Shown here: in pieces, positions 1 to 5,392 of the stretch | Layout of the letters: the number at the start of each line of letters is the position of its first letter | How positions within the stretch are numbered: position 1 is the first letter of the stretch | Assembly (NCBI RefSeq): GCF_006345805.1 | Contig: NW_021830070.1 | Span: forward strand, 1 to 5,392 | Direction of reading: 5' to 3' | DNA length: 5,392 nt | DNA from: Octopus sinensis | Lineage: Eukaryota | Notes under the pieces: model-generated | Seen by the model: only the letters and a program-made list of their open reading frames with translations | What the model was told of the DNA's origin: nothing | Databases searched by the model: none | Made by a program: the position numbers and the translations under genes

Positions 1-502
1 AACGAAATCGCGGGTATAATCTGTGCTGATAAACATTAACACGCCTGTGTGATTACAAGGTGGAGTCGTCGAACATTTATAAAAGGTAACATGTCTCACT
101 AAGGTAAAAAAGAAGGCGCTGGTGTCTCACGTGTTGGTAGTTGGAAGTCACGTCTGCGAATATTGCTTTACTCTCGCTTCGTTAGCATCATATATCCGCA
201 ATCAAGGATATAAAATAATCCATAAGAGATAAATTATATTTTTATAATATTTTAGATCAACTCTACTGTAAATATTCTTTTATTCACTTTGTTTTTTATT
301 GCTTATTGGATTGCAGCCATAAGGAGCAGAACCTTCAATGGTATTCCTCTTTAATTTCGTTCTTAAAAACTTTATCGAACCGTTATGTTATGGACGTACA
401 TCAATGTAACTGGTTTTAAGTATGAACACCGCTTACATTAATCGGAGGAGTTCATCTTCATTGTTGCTTTGTCTACGTTTTGGCATCAACCAAGATGGGT
501 TT

Positions 503-538
503 GACTAATGTAAACCGTCTGTCTAATGTAAACAGTGT
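503..538 (+). repeat. Two-copy 18-bp tandem duplication
   Basis: GACTAATGTAAACCGTCT (503-520) vs GTCTAATGTAAACAGTGT (521-538): 15/18 identical, with a shared core CTAATGTAAAC. Confidence 0.75.
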
Positions 539-596
539 ACGTGATATAAATTCTTCTCTTTCAGAAATATAGAATCAGTACCAAGTAGTATAGATG

Positions 597-680
597 TAGA
601 CACACACCCATACAGATATGTGTGGATGTACGTTTGTATGCGTGAGTGTTTTTGTGTATTTGGATGTATGTTTGTTTACA
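597..680. repeat. Degenerate (CA)/(TG)/(TATG) low-complexity tract
   Basis: Decayed units such as GACACACACCCATAC, TATGTGTGGATGTACG and TGTATGTTTG. Confidence 0.6.
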
Positions 681-796
681 CAATAGTCTTACATAGTGAG
701 TCTGTTCTATCGAAGAAATTTCACTAAATGCATTAAGTATTCAACTCGAGGCTCTCAAAGAGACTCACCAGACAACACGCTTCCCATTGTCCTTTT

Positions 797-798
<2 letters not shown>

Positions 799-887
<89 letters not shown>
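799..887. repeat. Compound microsatellite (CA)27-TG-(TA)8-(TG)8
   Basis: Read directly: CA run 799-852, TA run 855-870, TG run 871-887. Confidence 0.98.
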
Positions 888-1089
888 AAGTATTGGTATT
901 AAAACTAAACTCTAAAATTTCGACAAGCTGAAAACTAATGTAATTATTCGTCATTTATGTGATAAAATTTTAAAACTACTTTCATAAAATTCATATATTC
1001 CCTCAGTTCCAAGCTAAGATGATGATATCAATAGATTAACCTGGCCCACTTATTATATTTTGTACCGCAACTGAATATCTTTATAAACT

Positions 1090-1174
1090 ATACACACACA
1101 CGTACATATAAGTATATACATATATTCAGACACATGCGCACGCACAGACGCACACATACACATACATACATGCA

Positions 1175-1230
<56 letters not shown>
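1090..1230. repeat. Degenerate CA/CATA tract followed by perfect (TA)26
   Basis: Mixed CACA/CATA/TGCA units 1090-1178, then uninterrupted TA 1179-1230. Confidence 0.97.
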
Positions 1231-1231
<1 letters not shown>

Positions 1232-1295
1232 CCACTGGTGTTAAACTGATGGTATTATTAAATTAATATCTAATTTTTCACCCTCATTTATGAAT

Positions 1296-1311
1296 TTATA
1301 TAATATATATA

Positions 1312-1360
<49 letters not shown>

Positions 1361-1377
1361 TATATATTATATATAAT
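1296..1377. repeat. Interrupted (TA)n microsatellite
   Basis: TA dinucleotide array with a few phase slips. Confidence 0.95.
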
Positions 1378-1457
1378 TGGTGAATTGAAGAAATGGAGCT
1401 GAACGCAGATTGAGCAGAAATCGTTTTATTTCATTCTACACGTGTTTGGGTAGTTCA

Positions 1458-1512
1458 CATAATATAATATATATATTATATATATTATAATATATAAGTA
1501 TGTATATGTATA
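1458..1512. repeat. Degenerate (TA)n/(TATG) tract
   Basis: AT-only slipped array ending in TATGTATATGTATA. Confidence 0.85.
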
Positions 1513-1842
1513 CTTGTTTTACCGGGAATGTCTGCGCTATAGATGGTATATTTTGAAGATCATGAAATTTTAAAATATTTACTAAATTCTAAAGGGAATA
1601 TCTTTTTCAATATATATATTGAACTATAAACGAATACACGCGACAGTTCTTATTGCTCCAATGTCTTTATTGTTTCTGAATCTGGGATTCGGAGAGAAAT
1701 GTAACGAAAAGTAACTTACACATTAATATGGTATTATGGTATTATGTACGATAATAAAATTAATGTTCCGAGTTGAAACCATTAAATGATTATGCTGCTA
1801 ACATGAATTAATCGCTCTTTCTCAAATATGTACGCGCACACA

Positions 1843-1875
1843 CAACAGCAACAACAGCAACAACAACAACAACAA
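1843..1875 (+). repeat. (CAA/CAG)11 trinucleotide microsatellite
   Basis: CAA CAG CAA CAA CAG followed by (CAA)6, flanked by CA/TA repeats. Confidence 0.95.
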
Positions 1876-1907
1876 CACACATACGTATATATTTATATAT
1901 ATTCATA

Positions 1908-2022
1908 GGCGCAGGTGTGGCTGTGTCATAAGATGTTCACTGCTCAGTCACATGGTTCCAGGTTCACTCCTATATCATGGCACTCTGTAAATGTGTCGTT
2001 TAAAAGAATTTGGTTGACGGAG
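1908..2022 (+). mobile_element. Decayed tRNA-derived SINE 5' portion (octopus-type SINE head), internally deleted and 3' truncated
   Basis: Pol III A-box-like TGGCTGTGTCATAAG at 1918 and B-box-like GGTTCACTCC at 1961-1970, with tRNA-like spacing. GGCGCAGG.GTGGCTGTGT...CACATGGTTCC.GGTTCA.TCC....TGGCAC and a downstream G.ATTTGGT.GACGGA block match a very common octopus SINE as I recall it (not database-verified). Confidence 0.8.
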
Positions 2023-2315
2023 GTTAAGGGTAGTACATACCATGTACTACGACGTAGCTGTTTCAAAACCATTACTCAGCAACTACCAAAGATGAAGAAA
2101 ATACACTTAAATGAAATAATATTAATCAATATTCTTCATCGTCTTGGAATATGGAAATATATATTTTTCTTTTCGATTTGTTCTATTCTCAATAGTTTCA
2201 AGTGAGTACACAGTTGTCTCTAAAAGCTGAAGAACACTTGTAATGTATAACGTTCTGGCGGACTGTAAACTGATATACAATAATCTGGAACTGAAATCTT
2301 TTTCAAGTCGAATGA

Positions 2316-2382
2316 ATACATACACGCATATGTATGTATATATGTATGTGCGTATGAATGTATGTAAGTTTGTATGTATGTT

Positions 2383-2423
<41 letters not shown>

Positions 2424-2491
2424 ATATATGTATTTATATATTCTATATACATATATGTATCTATATTCTCCCTCTCTCTCTCCTCTCTCTA

Positions 2492-2535
<44 letters not shown>

Positions 2536-2682
2536 TAGATAGATAGATAGATAGATAGATGATATAGATAGATAGATATATATGTATATATAAATGTGTA
2601 TGTATGTGTGTTTATGTACCATTAGAAGTATTATATATATATATATATAATTTATTATATGAACACATACATACATGATATA

Positions 2683-2736
<54 letters not shown>

Positions 2737-2768
2737 ATATATATATTATAATATATATATATATAATT
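2316..2768. repeat. ~450-bp compound microsatellite: (TATG)n, (TA)n, (CT)n, (TA)n, (GATA)n, (TATG)n, (TA)n
   Basis: Read directly; CT block about 2467-2490, GATA block about 2531-2577, long TA blocks about 2385-2460, 2491-2532 and 2677-2765. Confidence 0.97.
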
Positions 2769-3011
2769 TAAAGCAGATTCGGGTTCCTTGCTACTTCAAG
2801 TTTCACGGCTCCTTAGAGGAGCTCGTTCCTTCAAGCGTCTGACATAGCTGAATCTGGAATTCGGTTATTCCAGAAGCCTGAAAGAAACGATCTGCGTTAG
2901 GCTCGTGCGAAACTTGGAGTAACACGGAAACGGAATCAAATTGTTTCAAATAAAACGTAACTCCTACTAAATGTGGTGAGTGCCCTTTTCTGTCGTTTCT
3001 CTACTCACTCA

Positions 3012-3050
3012 TATGTGTGTGTGTGTGTGTGTGTGCATGTGTGCATGTAC
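3012..3050. repeat. (TG)11 plus TGCA variants
   Basis: TG run 3014-3035 followed by CATGTGTGCATGTAC. Confidence 0.95.
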
Positions 3051-3298
3051 ATATAGAGAAACAGGCAGATAGATATATAGGCTTTAAATTACGTACATAT
3101 ATATCTAGTGTTTTCTTGTGGGCATAGGTTGGTCTGTTGATAACTAGCATATAACTTCATATTGTTTTTTTTTTCCTTTCAATTAAACTTCAAACGCAGT
3201 ATTTTTAAGCTTCCATTTCTTCTATACTTTTCCAGCTTCAATTAATTACGAATGTTATACTTGCGACCGCACTCTCCCAAATCTTTTTCTTTTCTTTA

Positions 3299-3338
3299 CA
3301 AAAACAACAAACAACCAAACAAAACAAAACAAAAAAAA
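3299..3338 (+). repeat. A-rich (CAAA/CAAAA)n tract, possibly a decayed retroelement poly(A) tail
   Basis: ACAAAAACAACAAACAACCAAACAAAACAAAACAAAAAAAAA; no parent element recognised. Confidence 0.7.
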
Positions 3339-3911
3339 ATGCTTATTACAGACCAGGAAATAATTACTATTGAGTCTTTTTTTTTTACTTTTGCCAAATG
3401 TTTAATCTATACAACAAAGATAGAAAAGCATAGTCATTGACAAAAAGTAAATTTTATCAAAATAGCAATAAGATCCAAAGACGGAGAAAAATGCCAATAC
3501 AGCAATAGTAGGTGAATTCAGTTATTTGTGTGGGAAAGTAGTACAGCTAATATGAGTTGACTAGTTTCAGGCAAAAATGGTCTGATCACGTTCATATTTT
3601 TAGAAACAATTTTAGCACATATGAAGCCTCCCCTTTTTCATGAAGGCGGCGAAGTAACTGTTAAATGTTTCAAAAATAATAAAACTATAGGGAACATATA
3701 TTGCTTGGATTCTGTGTGTTACGTTCTCATTCGTGAACAAATATTTTTCGGTAACAATTTTTTATTCAACAAATTTTGAATTTTCTTTCGTATCTCAAAA
3801 TGTAACGTAGCACAAATCAACTAGTGGATTGGCTAGATATCATAAAGTTGGTTGCAAAAATGAATGCGTCGACATGAAGAATATTATAAAACGACTGCCT
3901 AGTGAATTATA

Positions 3912-4107
3912 TACGAGGGCACACTAAAAGGTTCCTGGACTTAGGTAAAAGAAAATATAGGATGATCAGTTAGTCATGATTTTATTCACACTCATTACGA
4001 CGGTCCTTCAGCTTTTCTAAGACCTGTAAAAGAACTCGGAATGTCGGGTCTCTAACTAGGCCTTTCGCGGCGCCCTTAAAGCTAGGAAATTTTCAGGATC
4101 TCGTGTA
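3912..4107 (-). mobile_element. Mariner-derived non-autonomous element (MITE), ~195 bp, degraded
   Basis: Left end TA|CGAGGGCACACTAAAAGGTTCCTGGACTTAGG. The right end reverse-complemented reads (T)ACACGAGATCCTGAAAATTTCCTAGCTTTAAGG, an imperfect TIR (about 15/21 in the core). TA flanks both ends. The minus strand 4029-3982 translates as LQVLEKLKDRRNECE*, resembling the mariner transposase C-terminus (G.xKLxxRWxKC...E*). The TACGAGGG...AAAAGTT terminus is typical of irritans/Hsmar2-like mariners (from memory). Confidence 0.8.
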
Positions 4108-4113
4108 TATATA

Positions 4114-4164
<51 letters not shown>

Positions 4165-4325
4165 ACACATATGTATATATATACATATATATATATACAT
4201 ACATTATATACATATAGATATACATATATACATTGATATGTACATATATACTTATTTATATACATATATTATATATACATGTATATGTACGCAAATTTAT
4301 ATATATATGTACATATATATATGTA

Positions 4326-4381
<56 letters not shown>

Positions 4382-4410
4382 ATATATATTATATATATAC
4401 ACGTACATAC
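4105..4410. repeat. ~300-bp interrupted (TA)n/(TACA)n microsatellite
   Basis: Read directly; it begins immediately at the MITE right end. Confidence 0.97.
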
Positions 4411-4416
4411 AAAGAG

Positions 4417-4471
4417 CTAGATATATTAGACAGATTGATAGATAGATAGACAGACAGACAGATAGATAGAT
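4417..4471. repeat. (GATA)n/(GACA)n tetranucleotide microsatellite
   Basis: GATAGATAGATAGACAGACAGACAGATAGATAGAT. Confidence 0.95.
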
Positions 4472-4611
4472 GCAAATAGTTAACAAAAGGTCCTTAATGG
4501 AATAAGTGATTCAATAAATGAGCAAAGAAAATTGTATATTCACAGTAAGCTTATATTTTCGCAAGTTTGTTGTATATTCAAAATATAGATAACCGATATC
4601 ACAACGAAACA

Positions 4612-4678
4612 TCGAAGTCATTTCAACGTACCAACACTCCGTTACCTCGAAGTCATAAACGTACTGACATTCCGGTTA
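4612..4678 (+). repeat. Diverged ~35-bp tandem duplication
   Basis: TCGAAGTCATTTCAACGTACCAACACTCC-GTTA (from 4612) vs TCGAAGTCAT--AAACGTACTGACATTCCGGTTA (from 4647). Confidence 0.8.
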
Positions 4679-5110
4679 TGACGGCGAGTTGTAACTGTGT
4701 ATGTATGTTATCATTCAGTTTATTCCAAGATTTGCTGGCAATAGTGAAAGAGCTGGTTTGTAACGTATACGCAAGGCTCTTTCGTTGTAATTTCAAATTC
4801 AACAGAATATTTTTGCAAGTATTTGTGTATATCTGCAATATTTGGAGCCAGTGCATGTGCGGATTTGTGTATTTTGTTTTATGTTTTCTCGTGTATTAGG
4901 CTGCATGTCACAACAAGCGCATATGTACTTAAATAATAAACTTCTGGAATGTTTTGCAAAATTTTACAGTTCCAGTAATGACTCAGATTTGTAGTCTTCG
5001 AATTAGCTCTTTTTTCTGGATTTGAGAAGCTTAGTTTCTCAAGATTGGTACATAGGCACTGTGTTACATATATCAGCGCCCCGTATTTGTATGTATGTAT
5101 GTGTTTATGT

Positions 5111-5365
5111 ATGCTCAAGGACATGGAAATTTGTGGTTTGGTGCCCAGGTATGCATTTAGGCTAAGAGGGTAGGTTGCACTCAAAACTGCATCGATCTCA
5201 AGTAACCCAGGAGATGAAGAAGTAGAGCAGAAAAGACTAAGGTTTGTTGTTCATTGTGTTTGTGACAAAGATTTGCATCAACTTTATGCTGCCAATATTT
5301 CCGAAAAGTGTGAATGGTTTTACACAAACCTTCAACAAGAGAGAACAAGAGTCTTGCAGCTATAG
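5111..5365 (+). pseudogene. Possible degraded LINE ORF2 apurinic-endonuclease (APE) fragment
   Basis: One frame reads MLKDMEICGLVPRYAFRLRG*VALKTASISSNPGDEEVEQKRLRFVVHCVCDKDLHQLYAANISEKCEWFYTNLQQERTRVLQL*. RG*VAL, LYAAN and FYTNLQQE echo the LINE APE motifs GVAIL, IYAPN/VYAPT and FYxxLQ at roughly the right spacing. Motif-level resemblance only. Confidence 0.3.
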
Positions 5366-5370
5366 TATTG

Positions 5371-5392
5371 TTTTCTACTATAGGCACAAGGT
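5371..5392 (-). mobile_element. Probable 3' tail of a second octopus-type SINE, running off the window edge
   Basis: TTTTCTACTATAGGCACAAGG matches the reverse-complemented end (...CCTTGTGCCTATAGTAGAAA) of an abundant octopus SINE as I recall it. Only about 21 bp are visible. Confidence 0.5.

Noticed and set aside
769-791. Possible 23-nt minus-strand micro-exon ending in G|GTGAGT
   Set aside because: The donor is good, but the acceptor lacks a polypyrimidine tract (only TG repeat upstream), and there is no supporting context.
696-1235. ORFs 696-902 (+), 733-954 (-) and 1053-1235 (-)
   Set aside because: They are open only because they run through (CA)/(TG)/(TA) repeats, giving HT, VC and YI dipeptide runs. 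There is no domain signature.
1379-1458. 80-bp island between TA arrays, with weak terminal inverted GTGAA/TTCAC and partial inverted similarity to 2876-2904
   Set aside because: The matches are short and gapped and do not extend, which is consistent with chance.
1843-1875. CAA/CAG run as a polyglutamine exon
   Set aside because: It is embedded between CA and TA microsatellites, with no splice sites or extended ORF.
1908-1985. tRNA gene
   Set aside because: A- and B-box-like motifs are present, but there is no intact cloverleaf or acceptor stem. It is better explained as a SINE head.
1915-2325. ORFs 1915-2205 (+) and 2122-2325 (-)
   Set aside because: The first starts inside the SINE head at a non-ATG codon. 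Neither shows a recognisable motif, and the lengths are within chance expectation.
2461-2703. 80-aa minus-strand ORF
   Set aside because: It lies entirely within the compound microsatellite.
2030-2881. Hairpins at 2030-2050 and 2853-2874 as Helitron 3' ends
   Set aside because: Neither has a CTRR terminus at the expected distance followed by T.
3252-3440. 62-aa plus-strand ORF
   Set aside because: It spans A-rich and T-rich low-complexity tracts and has no coding signature.
3641-3735. ATGAAGGCGGCGA and GTTACGTTCT resembling the head of a second octopus SINE
   Set aside because: Only two blocks of 10-13 bp match, with dissimilar sequence between them. This is too weak without an alignment.
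4056-4445. Three overlapping ORFs rich in Y/I
   Set aside because: They are translations of the (TA)n array.
4593-4682. CRISPR-like repeat-spacer array
   Set aside because: There are only two to three diverged adjacent units without unique spacers, the context is eukaryotic, and no cas genes are present.
4951-4985. HSE-like TTCTGGAATGTTT and AP-1 TGACTCA
   Set aside because: Isolated short motifs like these are expected by chance in 5 kb.
5360-5383. 8-bp inverted repeat CTATAGTA/TACTATAG
   Set aside because: It is built largely from the self-palindromic CTATAG, and one arm belongs to the putative SINE tail.
4567-5387. ORFs 4567-4899 (+), 4653-4856 (-), 4879-5184 (-) and 5181-5387 (-)
   Set aside because: They have no recognisable domains, partly run over degenerate TG/TATG repeats, and several use non-ATG starts.

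Overview
AT-rich, microsatellite-saturated eukaryotic (animal) DNA that looks intronic or intergenic. I see no credible intact protein-coding gene, structural RNA gene or CRISPR array. Most ORFs in the supplied track are artefacts of (TA)n/(CA)n/(TG)n repeats. Recognisable content: many simple and compound microsatellites; a decayed tRNA-derived SINE head (1908-2022, +); a ~195-bp mariner-derived MITE with imperfect TIRs and a transposase C-terminal remnant (3912-4107); probably the tail of a second SINE at the right edge; and a possible degraded LINE endonuclease fragment (5111-5365). The SINE and MITE resemble abundant octopus/cephalopod repeats as I recall them. That taxon call is an unverified inference. 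I found no convincing novel biological system. The best leads are a GC/CpG-rich island with splice-like signals (2771-3000), the single-stop reading frame near the 3' end, and several small duplications and hairpins.
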